DNA of 64,000 bases, taken from the human T2T-CHM13v2.0 reference genome, Homo sapiens. Made by a program: the position numbers and the translations under genes. Under the pieces are notes generated by a model. It worked only from the letters and a program-made list of their open reading frames with translations, did not search any database and had not been told where the DNA came from. Each line of letters begins with the position of its first letter. Positions within the stretch are counted from its first letter, which is position 1. The stretch lies in NCBI RefSeq assembly GCF_009914755.1, contig NC_060938.1; one strand, given 5' to 3'. Below are positions 14,810 through 31,200 of this stretch, one piece after another.

Positions 14810-15022
14810 GATGATTATAGTTAACAGTAATGTATTATGTAGTTTCAAATAGCTAGAAGGAGGATGTTGAATGTTCCCAACACAAAGAAATGATAAATAT
14901 TTGAGATGATAGATAGGCCAATTACTCTGATCTGGTCACTCTATATTATATGTATCAGAACATCACTATGTGCCTGATAGATTATGTATAATCATTTGTC
15001 AATTAAAACAAATTAGAAAACA
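14810..15022 (+). mobile_element. L1MA-type 3' UTR fragment
   Basis: 'aatagctagaagg...gaatgttcccaacacaaagaaatgataaat' followed by A-rich tail. Confidence 0.85.
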
Positions 15023-15808
15023 ACTTACTTGTCTTTTTGCTAAATCTGGATGTGGATCCAGCTGAATATAATTTCTTCCTAGTTCTATGAATAGGATATA
15101 GGTCTTGGTTTCCATGGTGTTGTGTGACTTATACTTTTGCTTATCTTTGTCAGTACTTTTGTGGGAAGAAGATAGGGGCTCTATCAGAGGTTGTTAGCTT
15201 GGTGATGTTTTCACCCACAAATTCTTCATTTGTTCTTAGAAGTTTTCTCATTTCTTTGAACTTTCCATTAACATTCAATCTTTCACTTATATGAAAAATA
15301 TTTTCCTTCCTCCTCTTTTTCCTCTTCCGTACTTTCTCCAAATTCAGGAGGCAGATAATGGTAATTGAAAGTTCTAGGGACACACTGTGAGCTCAAGGTC
15401 CAGAAAGGTTAGGGAAAGTCTTTATTTTGAACTGTAGGTATGTTTTAATTCCTTCTGGAGACTAGCACTCCTCAGGGATGCTGAGACTGGCACTGGTGCT
15501 ACCAGATATTAAACAGAATGGATTTAAAGTATTCTCCTGTATTAAGAAGATTATTTTCAAAAGAAAGCTCTATTTTGTAGTTATTGTCACTTTCCTAAAG
15601 ATATAACTTTCCTGGAGCTGTGGATCGCCACAATATTGATGGCCCATCCCAGCACTATTTAAAGGCAGGGCTTTGTCATATTTTTTATAATATTTGCAGC
15701 TTGGTCAAATAATATTTATTAAATGATTAAATAAATTCAACAGCACTTAGAAACAATAGAGGCAGAAAATGAAGTTGTGGAGTTGGGGTGTGTGTGTGTA
15801 TATATATA

Positions 15809-16162
15809 TAGAATTAGTACATTTTCACACTGCTGATACAACTGAGACTGGGCAATTTGCAAAAGAAAGAAGTTTAATGTACTCACAATTTCATGTGGCT
15901 GGGGAAGCCTCACAATCATGATGGAGGGTGAAAAGCACGTCTCACATGGCAGCAGACAAGAGAATGAGAGCCAAGCAAAAGTGGTCTCCTCTTATAAAAC
16001 CATCAGATCTCATGAGACTTATTCACTACCATGAGAACAGTATGGGGGAAACTGCCCCCATTATTCAGTTATCTCCCACTGAGTCCCTCCCGCAACATGA
16101 GGGAATTATGGGAACTACAATTCGAGATGAGATTTGGGTGGGGACATAGACAAACCATATCA
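15809..16162 (-). mobile_element. THE1-type MaLR solo LTR
   Basis: 'ttagtacattttcacactgctgata...catgagaacagtatgggggaaactgcccc...caaaccatatca'. Confidence 0.92.
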
Positions 16163-16311
16163 TACATATACATAGGTCAGATTGGTAAAAGTTATAGAAG
16201 CAAATGTTAGAAAACTATTTTGTAAAGTTGGAAAGTAGAAACAATAAAAAAACACAATTCAAAGAGATAAGCATTTTCACTGGTGTTTTTTTCTGGTGTG
16301 ATTCTTCCAGA

Positions 16312-16915
16312 GATTATTCTGGTTATCCATTGCTGTGTCACAGACCACTCCAAATTTAGTGGATTAAAAATGATAAATATTTTATGATGTCATAGATTCT
16401 GTGGGCCAGAAATTTGGACAGGGCACAGTGAAGATGGTGAGAACAGTTTGTCTCTGTTCCCTGATGTCTTTGATCTCAACTGGGAAGAACTGAGGAGCTA
16501 GAAGTGACTGGCATGGCTGAGACCTAGAATTACCTGGAGGCTTCTTTATTCACGTGTCTGTGTCTGAGCCTGGAATGGGATGATTTGAAGGCTGAAGTTA
16601 GCTGAGATGGTGTGGCTTTTCCATGTGGCTCAGGCTTTTCATGCATGGTGGCTGCGCTTCTGAGAGAGAAGTCCTGAGAGGAAGTATCTGGAAAGGGAGC
16701 CTTCCAAGAGAACCAGGTGGAAGCTGCATTGCCTTTTCTGACCTATCCTCTGGAGGCACACAGTTACATTTCCACCACATTTCATTGGTTACATGTGAAT
16801 CAGACCAAACAGATTCAAGGGGAGAAAGAATGAGCCTCACTTCTTTGCGCAGGAGAGTCAAGGTCACATTGCAAAAGAGCGTGTTGGATGGAAGATGTTA
16901 CATCTGATTTTGAAA
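16312..16915 (-). mobile_element. MLT1-type MaLR LTR
   Basis: 'ccattgctgtgtcacagaccactccaaatttagtgg...ggaagctgcattgccttttctgaccta'. Confidence 0.8.
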
Positions 16916-17180
16916 AATATACTTCTCTACAATATTGTTTGGTCATCTTATAAAAGTAAAAAATAGTGTACCTTTATAATATTTCATTGAGAAGTGTATT
17001 AGGCACTTTATCTTGCTAATGTAAGATGGTTCACTTTAAAGTGCTCTGTGTTTGAAACATTGTCTTTCTTCACCTTTCTAAAGAACGCTCTAAGATGATA
17101 TATGGCAACCAATCAATATTACTTTTTTCATTTGTGTAGCTTATTTAACTACAACTATTTAATAAATATTATAGGGACAT

Positions 17181-17913
<733 letters not shown>

Positions 17914-18031
17914 AATATCATAGAAGAAAAAATAAACATATGGGAACATATAAGTGAGAAAATAAGTTTGTGAATTATCAAAAAGTGGAAATAGTAATAT
18001 CTAGGAAGGTTAGCATACATAAGTGATGTTC

Positions 18032-18223
18032 TAGTGGTTCTCAATCTTTGTGGCAGAATATAATCATCTACAGAATTCAAATCAAAACAAAACAAAAAAA
18101 ACTCTGGTACCCTGCTCCCTCCCCCAGAAACACTGATTTAACTGGTCTAAGGTATAGACCAGGCATCAATATTTAAAAGTTCCCTAGGTGATTGTAATGT
18201 GCAGCCAATCTTGAGAACCATTG
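18032..18223. mobile_element. MER5A hAT MITE, complete
   Basis: Terminal inverted repeats tagtggttctcaa / ttgagaaccattg. Confidence 0.85.
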
Positions 18224-18789
18224 CTTTAAACAGTTTGTAAAATGTACGAAACAGGGAAAGATGTTTAATTACAATGTTTAGTTACATGACTGAAATTTTA
18301 TCAATAAGATCTAAATTCTAATCTAAACAGAAATTCATTTGCCTCTTCATTCTTCAACAGATTAGTTCCCAGAGGACACTGTTGGATTCATATCTGACAC
18401 GTAAATAAAGCCCACACACCAATATCCAAAGCAGAAAGCTGAAAGGGACCTGTTTCCTTGATAATATCATTGAACCATTGAAATATTGACCCCATAATTG
18501 TTCCAATTTTGACTTCTAAGAATGTAGAATATTTGTATTTTGTTTCAACTAGATGTTGGAAAATTCTATAGTTTGCACCCGAAAGCGTTTGAAACATTCC
18601 TTTGTATAAACACATTTTCTTGATTGTGTGGTCAATCTGCTGGACAGATCCGCTATGAATTCAGACAGATCTGGGTTTGAATCCTGGCTCTGCTACCGTT
18701 TAATGACTTTAACAATCTTATTTCATCATGCCTCCAAAAACTGGGAGAAAATAGAATACCTGTTTCAGAAAATGATTATAGGAATTAAA

Positions 18790-19410
18790 AGCATCCATTC
18801 TTTTATTCAGGAAACCTTTGAGCACATGAGTATTCCAAGATTGTATTCTGTACTTGGAGTATATAGGAATGAACAAGACAGCCACACTTAGCAGAATGGG
18901 AGAGGGAGGCAATAAGAAAGTTAAAGAAGAGATGACAATGTCGGTTTCTGATAGAAGCTGGGATAAAAAAAGGAGGTAGCAAAAAAGTGTGAATAGGACA
19001 AGTCTGAGACTCAAATGATAAAAGGTAGCTCTGCAAGGACCAGACAAGCACATCTAAGTCAGAGAATTGTTAATACAAAAGAGTCTTATGGCAAAAATAA
19101 GATTGGTTTATTTGAGAACAACAACAAAAAAGGTCAGAGAGCCTGGATCTAATCAGTAATGCAGTGGAGAGTGAGAAAAGTAAGATTGGACGGGTAAACA
19201 GACGACTGATTAGGTAAGCCAGGAAGAGGAGTTGGGATTTATTATAAATCTCATGATCAGCATTTATAAAACTTTAAGCAAGGTGCTAAATTATCTAATT
19301 TTATATATAAAGGGGTAAGAGTGAAGGGGGAAACCTGGTTAGCAAGGTCTTGTAATAGTCCCAGTGAGATATGATGGTGCCTTGTTTTAGGGTGGTGCTG
19401 GTGGAAGTGA
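18790..19410 (-). mobile_element. L2 3' fragment (preceded by MIR ~18650-18790)
   Basis: 'catccattc...ttgagcac...aatgaacaagacag' antisense L2 tail and purine-rich body. Confidence 0.7.
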
Positions 19411-19525
19411 AAAAATATATGTTTAATTTTGCTGTGAACCCAAAACTGCTCTAAAAAATAAGGTCTATTTTTTAAAAGTATATAAATGTTAGTAAAACAC
19501 ATAGATTTACATGGTGGGCACTCAG

Positions 19526-19822
19526 TTTATTAGAGATAGGGTCTCACTCTGTGCCCCACGCTGGAATGCAGTTGGCATGATCATAGCTCACTGTAATCTC
19601 GAACTCCTGCACTCAAACAATCCTCCTGCCTCAGCCTCCTGAGGAGCTAAGACTATAGGCATCAAATGCCCAGCTAATTTTATTTATTATTTATTTATTT
19701 TTTTGTAGAGACAGGGTCTTGCTATGTTGCCCAGGCTGGTCTCAACTCCTGGCCTCAAGCAGCCCTTCTTCCTTGGCCTCCCAAAGTGTTGGGATTACAG
19801 GTGTCAACCACCATGCCTGGCC
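19526..19822 (-). mobile_element. AluJ element
   Basis: Diverged dimeric Alu with J-type features (catagctcactg, cagggtcttgctatgttgcccagg). Confidence 0.93.
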
Positions 19823-20674
19823 AGTAAATGCTATTTTATTCATAATGTTATCATTACCATTAGTACAATGTGGAAGCAAGATCTGGCTCTGTCATTAGCA
19901 TTGCTTTGGTGGAAAGATTTACTAAATAAAGCAGAGAGACTTTTCCAAATTGTATTTATTATCTTTAAAGGCTTTCCCCTGAAGGTACACTGGGATACTA
20001 AGAAGACCTGAATAGCTTAAGATCTCTACAAAAGGATTCCACATACCGGTTTGGGACTTCTAAGGGAAAATGCAAAGATTCACAACTTTTAATAGACAGT
20101 GATTTTTGTTTCTATATCTGACGGTCATATAATTATATTTTAGCATCCCAACACAGTTTTGCCATAATGGTGTGACTCTATGATTGTGTTGTATTATGTA
20201 CCACTTCAACCCAAATTAGTTTAATGATGCTATAGAGGCAGAGTTGTTTTCCCATCAAAATGGGAACAAGTATGCAAAAGCAAGATAAACACTATCTTTC
20301 AGAGTGATACATTCAAGCAGCATTGGTTTTAAGATTAAGCAAATTCCCACTGCCTTGCTTTATTAGTATACTTATGAGAAGCTACTTTATAGGTCATATA
20401 ACTGAAGTGAGTTTATAATTATGGCAATGGGTCTACATTGGAATGTAGTTTATAGTTACTAGCTCAAATATCTCTGCCTTTCACGTTATGTTGGAAAACT
20501 GCATGCTATCTTTATTTCTTAGTTTCACATCTGTAAACTGAGATTAAGATCTGCTTTTCTGTTTAAAGACTATTGCCTACATCAGAGAAATCATCCTTCA
20601 GCACTTGAAAGACTTTGAAAACAGAGGCCTCCTAGGCAGATAATATTTTGTTTACTATGGTTGGTTTTCTTTTT

Positions 20675-23375
<2,701 letters not shown>

Positions 23376-24974
23376 GTTACATCATGCTTTTAATTGTAGA
23401 ATTAGACAACAATGAAATAACCAAAGCCTTAGTAATCTTAATTAGAGATTATCTTCTATTATTTTCTATTTTTCTTGTTTCACCTGAGTTAGAAAACTGA
23501 CCTGCACTGACTTCCTCTTTCACAATAATTCCAGTGAAATGAAAGTGATTAGAAAGTCTTAGCAAATTCACCAAAAGTTAGAGCCAGAAGACTCACATTT
23601 CAATTCTCTACCTAAAGAGAAGGACAGGCAGAAGCCAAATATGTAAAGAGTTTGTCAGAAGTATGCCTTGGAGCCATGGGCATTGTTCATTACTCTGCTG
23701 AATTTATCTTATGGATTTTCCCCTCCACATTAATGTTTCAATGATCTTGGTTAGATTGTTGAAGTACAGGTTCCTGCTAGGCATTTCTAACTTTTTGTTT
23801 TAATATTCTCTTATCCTGTTCATTTACTCTCATTTTTCCTTTTAGAAATTTACTGCCATCTTCTCTTTTAGAAATTCTTTTGACAATCTGAAGGAATGCA
23901 GTTATTTATCCCTATGAGCAATTAAATACTTTTAATGGGAATGTCATGTTTTTAAATCACATTTCTTATAAGAAAAAAATGGTGTTTACTCAAATGAATG
24001 TGGTCCGATGGTGATCCTGATCTATGAGCAGTAATTGAGATCATGGAAATAAATACAGGAAAGCTGGCTCCCTGCTCCCTTCAATAACCAAATCTATGGT
24101 TTAGACATTTTTTAGCACTTTGCTCCAACCTGTTACAGATTATCAACATTATATATGATGATAATAAATCAGAGCACCACTTTAAAACACAAAAGTGGTT
24201 GCCTCTCAGTGCTATGGCAAACATAGAATTTTGAACTTTTTGTATGACTGGTATTTTTTTAAGCGACTATATTTTAATAACGAGCTATTGCATGTGACTT
24301 TACTATGATGCTCAAATATGTTCTATGTATGACGGGGAGGAGGAATGATGTTACCATATGTTGGTTCTGAATTCCTATTTTATTTTATTCTCAGGTGGAA
24401 AAAAGAAAGAAAAAAGGATTCATCAGCAATAGGGCAACTTAGAGCGGACACATAGGTACTATGGCAGTGATAAGAGATGAGATAGATCATCACTATGCCC
24501 TTTTCAATTCTTGGGAACTGTCTTCGTTAAACAGTTTTAGATGCAAGGGTAATTTTTTTCCTATGGTGATTGTAGAAAGAACACCCAGAGATTGGGACTA
24601 GAAGTCAGGATGTCTTTAGCCTTACTTGGTTGTCAGCTAACTGTGCTGTTTTGGACAATGCATTCTTTTTTGGTATTCTGTTTATCCCACTACAAAATAG
24701 AGATAGTGAGAATTGGATTACCATTGTCAATATGAAGCACAGATGAGGTAAGTGTGAATCACTTGAGGATATATAAAGTCATTTAAAACTTTAATAATTA
24801 TAATACGATAATATAGTTGTTGATTTAGTTTAGTTTCTTACATATGATATTCTACATATTCTTATCACTTCACAGGGAAGCATTGACTGGCCAAAGTAAT
24901 GGTGGGTAGAGGGAATCACTTACCTTAGCTTAAAGAGATGCCAAAATCTAGGACCTATTCAGAGTTATGAATTA

Positions 24975-25390
24975 TATTTTGTTGAGCAGTGTTCCTCCAA
25001 AATTCATGTCCTTCCTGGAACCTCAGAATGTGACCTTATTTGGAGGTCACACTGGAGATGAGTGGGCTCTTACTCCAATCTGACTTGTATCCTTATAATA
25101 AAAAGGGAAGAGACACAGAGACAGATGCACACACAGAGGAGAACATTGTGTGCAGACACAGACACATGAGGAAGATGGCCAGTAATGATGAAGGCAGAAA
25201 TTGGAATTACTCCGTAGGAAGGCAAGGATCACCAAGGATTGCTGCCAACTACCAACAGCTAGAAGACTATGGCCATGCTCACATCTTGATTTCAGACTGT
25301 GACCCCCAAAACAGAAATGGTGAGAAAATTAATCTATTAAGTCACCCAGTTTGTGGTTCTTTGTTACAGCCGCCCTAGGAAACTAATACA
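24975..25390 (+). mobile_element. MLT1(B/C)-type MaLR LTR
   Basis: 'ggaacctcagaatgtgaccttatttgg...ttgttacagccgccctaggaaactaataca'. Confidence 0.85.
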
Positions 25391-25876
25391 GGAGTCAAGG
25401 AGGCTGCTGAACCCAGCTGGACACTGAGGGGCATCCACAGAGGTCACCAAAGTGGAGTGGCCAGAACTAGATTTTGGAAGCCAGATATGGAGGCAGGAAT
25501 CCAAGAAGCAGGGAGCCTAATGAGGAATAGTCATAAAAAGAGCTCTTGGCAGCCGCCTGTTCCAGATGTTGGTGTTGCTGCCAGTTTCTATCTGCTCAGT
25601 ACCCAAGGCACTTTAATGGACTGAGATAGGTTGGACAGGTTCTGTTTGAAAAAATCCCTTACATGCAAAGTAAGATAAAACCAAAAGCCAAAGTATCTTG
25701 CTTTACCTTGAAGAAGGAAGCAACTCTCCCTGATCACAGAGCTTCCCTACTTGGCCATAGGATAGCCTCATGTGCACTTAGCTCAATGTTACTCTGAGTT
25801 TCTTTCTACTCCGTCTTTCTCGATATAATCCTAAAAGTTAGGGATTCCCAGGAATTATCATGGAACAACTGGCTTA

Positions 25877-26525
25877 TGTCTTAGTTTCCTATCACTGCTG
25901 TAATAAATCACGGCAACCTTTGCAATTTAAAACAACGTAAAACCTATTATCTTAGACTTTTGCAGGTGAGAAGTCCATTATGGGTTGCACTAGTCTAAAA
26001 CTAGTGCAACACTTTTTACCCCCTGAAAGACATCAACACTTTTTACCCCCTGAATCTAAAATAAAAGTTGAAATTATTTTTAGAAATAAAAATAAATTAA
26101 AATGTTTCGTAAACCACTTTGGTTTCCTTTCTGGTGTCTCTGAGGCAAATGTTTTCTGCTCATTTGAGTTGTTGGCAGAATTTAATTTCTTGTGGTTGAA
26201 GGATGGAGATCTGGGGTTTTTTTGCTGGCTGAAAACTGAGGGCCATTGGCAGCTTCTAGAGGCTACTGTATTCCTAGCCCATGGTGCCTTTCTTCCGTCT
26301 TCAAAGCCTGCATTCTTCTGCTTCTTTGTCCTTTTTTAAAGACTCATGTGATTAGATCAGGCCCACCCAGATAATCCAGGATTATCTCCCTTTCTTCAGG
26401 TTGGCTGCTGAACAACCTCAATTCCACCTGCAACCTAATTCCCTTTTACCATGTAGCCTAACATATTCACAGCTCTAGGGATTAGGATGTGGACGTCTTT
26501 CAGGAGCCATGATCCTTCCTTCCAC
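25877..26525 (-). mobile_element. MLT1-type MaLR LTR containing a tiny L1 3'-end insertion (~26000-26105)
   Basis: 'tgtcttagtttccta...ctgctgtaataaat...acatattcacag...gggattaggatgtggac'; inner 'taccccctgaatctaaaataaaagttgaaa' + A-rich tail. Confidence 0.8.
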
Positions 26526-27196
26526 ACATTATCTGCAGCTAAGCAACATGACTCCCCATCACGACAGAGTAGAAGGAGAAACTGAACTGTGAGAGGGGAA
26601 ACAGCTTTATCAAAACATAGCAAATGTCAATTATAAGCAAAAAGAGAAAGTCAAGCTGCCTATAATATGTGCAATATATTTATTCTTTTATAAACTTGCT
26701 GATATGGAAATTAAAAATTAAATCTACTTAATGGAAAATATTTGATATAAGAACATCAGACATATCTTTGATAGGCAATAAGTTACTTTATAGAATCGTT
26801 TAGCATCTTATCTTCAGGGCTATTTTTTGGCCCTAACTTTGAGCACATTAATTTTGAGTTCCTCTTGTTTCTCTTCTATTTGTTCCCTCAAACCCAATGT
26901 ATCAGAAGTTATTTTAACTTAAGTTTTCCTTGCCTAATTCCATCCACTTATCCCCAGAATTGTTTCATCTCATGTATTTATTACACTGTTCACATATCAC
27001 CTTCTATTTTCATGCCCCTTGTAAACAGCCTAAGAGGCACATTACTGGTAAAGCCTCAGGGTAAACAGGCATTGCCTCCCATTTTGATTTCAGCTCCATT
27101 TAATGACTTTTTATACCCAATGTGGACACATACTCATTTTTAGTTTTCCAATGCAGATTTCAGCTATATTTTGGCTTTATTCCTCTTTTTTCATCC

Positions 27197-27506
27197 TTTT
27201 TTTCTTTTTTTTTTTTTTTTTTGAGACAGAGTCTTGCTCTTTTGCTCAGTCTGGAGTGCAGTGACATGATCTCGGCTCACTGCAACCTCCAACTCCCAGG
27301 TTCAAGCAATTCTCCTTTCTCAAGTAATCCTCCTGAATAGCTAGGATTACAGGCATGCACCACCACACCCAGCTAATTTTTGTATTTTTAGTAGAAACGG
27401 GTTTCACCATATTGGTCAGGCTGCTCTTGAACTCCTGACCTCGTGATCCGCCAGCCTAGGCCTCCCAAAGTCCTGGAATTACAGGCGTGAGCCACCGCGC
27501 CTGGCC
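27197..27506 (-). mobile_element. AluS element
   Basis: Full antisense Alu ending 'gagccaccgcgcctggcc'. Confidence 0.96.
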
Positions 27507-27720
27507 TACATCCATTTTAAAATGAAAAAATATATATATATGTAATTTATTTGAAGAAAGTCTATTCATTTACGTAACACTTATCATTGAGCACTTCGTA
27601 GGTACCTGGCGTCGTTCTAGACACTGGAAACAGACCACTGATTCTGATGCTCAAGGGCCCTGTTGGTGGCATTGCCTTTGGTGCATCCTTTTCTTTCACC
27701 TCTTATACTTTCGTGTTAAT

Positions 27721-27805
27721 ACTTCCCTACATGGATTGTTTTCTTACTTTGTCATGTGTACACTTTCCCTACATGGTGTTTTCTTACCTTGTCATGTGTA
27801 CACTT
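27721..27805. repeat. ~42-bp imperfect tandem duplication
   Basis: 'ttccctacatgg(at)tgttttcttac(t/c)ttgtcatgtgtacact' twice. Confidence 0.9.
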
Positions 27806-28067
27806 TTTTTACCCTTTGCATTATGAAATTTTTGTATCCTGAATCTCGTTTGGCTATGACTCAACTTTTTAAGCTAACTCTATTTGGAAAGAGTCTGATT
27901 AAAGAAAATGTCACCAAACGGTTAAATATGTTATTTCTGTGCATGTTTGTTATTTGTCAAGGGGTTTCATTTTAACCCAAATGAATAACTTTTTATTGGT
28001 GGATTGTACCCATCCTCGTTAGATCACCAAAGGCAGTATGTATTCTGATAGGGCCACTTTGTTGTGC

Positions 28068-28286
28068 CTCTCTGCTTTCTTTTCTCTCTCTTTTTCTTTT
28101 CTTTCTTTTTCTCTCTCTCTCCTTTCTCTCCTTCCTTCCTTCCTTCCTTCCTTCCTTCCTTCCTTCCTTCCTTCCTTCCCTCCTCCCTTCCTCCCTCCCT
28201 TCCTCCCTTCCTCCCTTCCTCCCTTCCTCCCTCCCTTCCTCCCTCCCTTCCTCCCTCCCTTCCTCTCTTTCTTCTCTTGCCTCTTT
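28068..28286. repeat. Polypyrimidine (CCTT)n/(CCCT)n compound microsatellite
   Basis: ~200 bp almost purely C/T. Confidence 0.97.
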
Positions 28287-31200
28287 ACCTAATGTCTCAA
28301 ATGGTAAGTCAGGCCCTGACCTCACATGTGACAGTTAAAAAGATGCCAGTGACATCTTTCCCCAAAGCAATAGAAAGGATATTTTTCAACTAACGATTTA
28401 AATAGGTCAAAGCAAACAGGATACTCACATTAAAGGAAGAAGAAACTGCATGTTATAGAAAGACCTATGCATTCAGATACCTTTGCCTGCCCTGAAATTC
28501 CATTTTTCAAATTCATTTGCCTGTTAGCTGAGGACCTTTTTAATGGAACTGATGTTAGTGATCTCCTAGACCTCTGACAGTTCTTGAGAGATAGCAAAAG
28601 CTTTCCCTGAAGTGCTAGCCATGTAGCTTATCCCTTTAGGCACTCTATTGTAGAAGTCTCCCTGATAAAGCTTCCTGTACTCAAATTCTTAGGGGCAGGG
28701 AGGAGGGATAAACAATTGGAATACTTTTTTGGGATATTAATAATTGGTTATTTCAAAATCTAAAAAAAAAATTAAAAATAATCATTTGAGGAACTCTGTT
28801 AAATTTTTTAAAAAGTGCATTAGGTTTAGATGTGATGAAGCAACAAATGCAACAAATGTTGCAATGCCAATCAGATACTTGACTAAGACAAAAGTTTAAT
28901 GCCAAACTGCTTCACCAGAAATAGCTTCCTACCTGACAGAGGACACTGAATTGTGTCAAAGTATTAGAGGAGGCAATTGGTAGGTAAAGATAATTAAAGG
29001 GACATCCAACATGTTTTGAGTTCTTTCTCCGTATATATGGAGAGAGAGAAAAGGGTATATTTGTGCCTTGGATTCATTAGTAAAATGCATTAGCTATAGC
29101 TGACTGATTTGCAACTGGTGCCTGCCTGAGGTCTCCAAAGAGAGGAGATTTACATTTAGGTTTTAAGCTTGGGAAACTTTGAAAGTTCTTATAAAAAATT
29201 AGACAGTCATTTAGAAATGTAAATATACTGTATTTCTTTCTGGATTACACATTTGCTGAAATTCACCTTTTAGTTTTTTTAGAAGGGAGCGGTATTGGCA
29301 TACGTGTTACACTTTTTTGCACATCACTTTTGAAATGAGGTTCCAGATGGAGTCTCAGCCCCAGAGTGTAACAAAGAGATCATTGGTTACAACCTCCTTC
29401 TTACAGACTAACACACTAAAACCCAGAGAGGTTAAGGAAGAGATTTAAAATCACACAAATATTTAGCAGCCTGGCCATCCATGACTAGGACCCAAGTTAA
29501 TCAAATTTCCATCATAGTCTTTTTTTCCTTCCCTTCATCAGCATTATACTTGCTTGAGTAAACATCTTAAATATAGAATGTTTCTCCTTTTCATTAAGAG
29601 GTCATCTAAAATAGTATGTTCTCTATTCTCCATTAAACATAGTTTATAAGATTTCTTTGCCTTTAAAATCAGTTTAATTAGGGTAAAATTTAATACATAA
29701 TTGATCATACATCTCCAAGTTGAAACATCTATTCTGTTTTTAGGCTTAGTTTAGTCATTTCCCATTTGTTTGATTTAAAGTAGGGTTGAAGGGGCACACA
29801 GCCCCGGGAAACTTCAGTGTAAAGTGCCATCCAACTCTAGCCAGATTCTTTTATCTAATCACCACACTCCCTGAAGTCTCTGATAATTATCAATAAATTG
29901 GGTGGTAGATAAATAGCAGTGTCATGAGAGAAGGAAAAAGCTGAAGGCACACTAGCAGTGACTCTTTCTACCTGTCAGCAGGATGGAGGAGTAAAGACAG
30001 ATCTGTCCTGTTTGTCAGGAGCAGAAAGTATGCTGGCGAAAACGAACTCCTGGGAAGGGAAGGTGTCAGGAAGATGAATTACCCCAGGAAGCCAGGACTG
30101 CTCTCCCAGTGGAGAGCAGCTCACTTGGATATAATTTGCCAGCTGTCCGTCTTGTCCTCGTGCGTCTCTGTCTTTTTCCTCCTTTGCGCTGCCAGCAACA
30201 AGCCTGTGCTGTGTAGATCTAGTGCAGCCACAGAACCTTGGGACTAGCTGAAGGGCCGCTAGACCTAATGGCAGGGGTAACTATTTTTGCAATTGTGAAT
30301 ATTCAGCATGCACAGGCTTCCTATCAGCTCTCCCAGGAGCTCTCTGAGAGATGGACCCTGTGAGGAAACATCTTTAAATGAACACCTTAGTAGAGAATGA
30401 TCCTGTTAGGTGAATAAAAGGCTGATTACATACCCAGAGGTGAGCCATAATGAGGCTCAGAGTAACTAAATGCAGCAATCTGCTGCACTTTGTATCTGGA
30501 CTTGAGCCTGAGCATTTCAAAGTAGCATCTGGAAAAGAAAAAGGCTCTGGGGAAAATCACACAGTAGACTTGAAATATTTCATTTTTTTTTCTCCAAAGG
30601 GAACTTAGGGTAGATTTCTTGGGTAACGGTTTTGAAGAAAGAAGGCCTGGTGTGAGAGGAACATGTTGTGTTGGCATCACCACCTCACATAACCAAACTA
30701 ACACTCTCCTATCATTGTTGGGTGCTGAGAGAGCTGGTGGTCCCTGCCTGTGTCTTTAAAGTGACAAGGGTTGCCTAGCCTGAAGATTCTAGCACAACAT
30801 CAGCATCTTACCTACATAAACTGAAGATTCCTCAAGAATGTTGAAGCAATAGTCATTATGTTTACTACAGGAGTAAGTGAGGCATCAATCTACCTTCTAC
30901 CTTGTGAGTTAGCCACATAAAGCAGTGCCACAGGTTGAAACAAACCTTCTTGGTCTGGTTTATAATTTAAATTCTCCATGGAAGTAGCTGCAGCTTGGAA
31001 GCTCATTCCATTGAAAAGTTCACTGGCTTTGGTGATTCACAAAGGAGCATTTCTTATTTGGTGAATTAGTATCCTAATTAATTCATTTCATGGAGCAAGC
31101 ATCTTTGTGATTCTCTCTTCTGCTGCCTACTTTCTCCCTGGCAGGTACAGGTAGGATTCTAAAGTATAAAGAGGACTTTCACCTGGAAACCAGAAGGTTG

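Noticed and set aside
24395-24454. Possible 60-nt exon (tattctcag|GTGG...ATAG|gtact)
   Set aside because: Stop codons in all three frames and a weak donor.
27993-28393. EEGRK/PSFL-repeat ORFs (also 45711-45944, 55013-55355, 56348-56679)
   Set aside because: Translations of microsatellite or low-complexity DNA.
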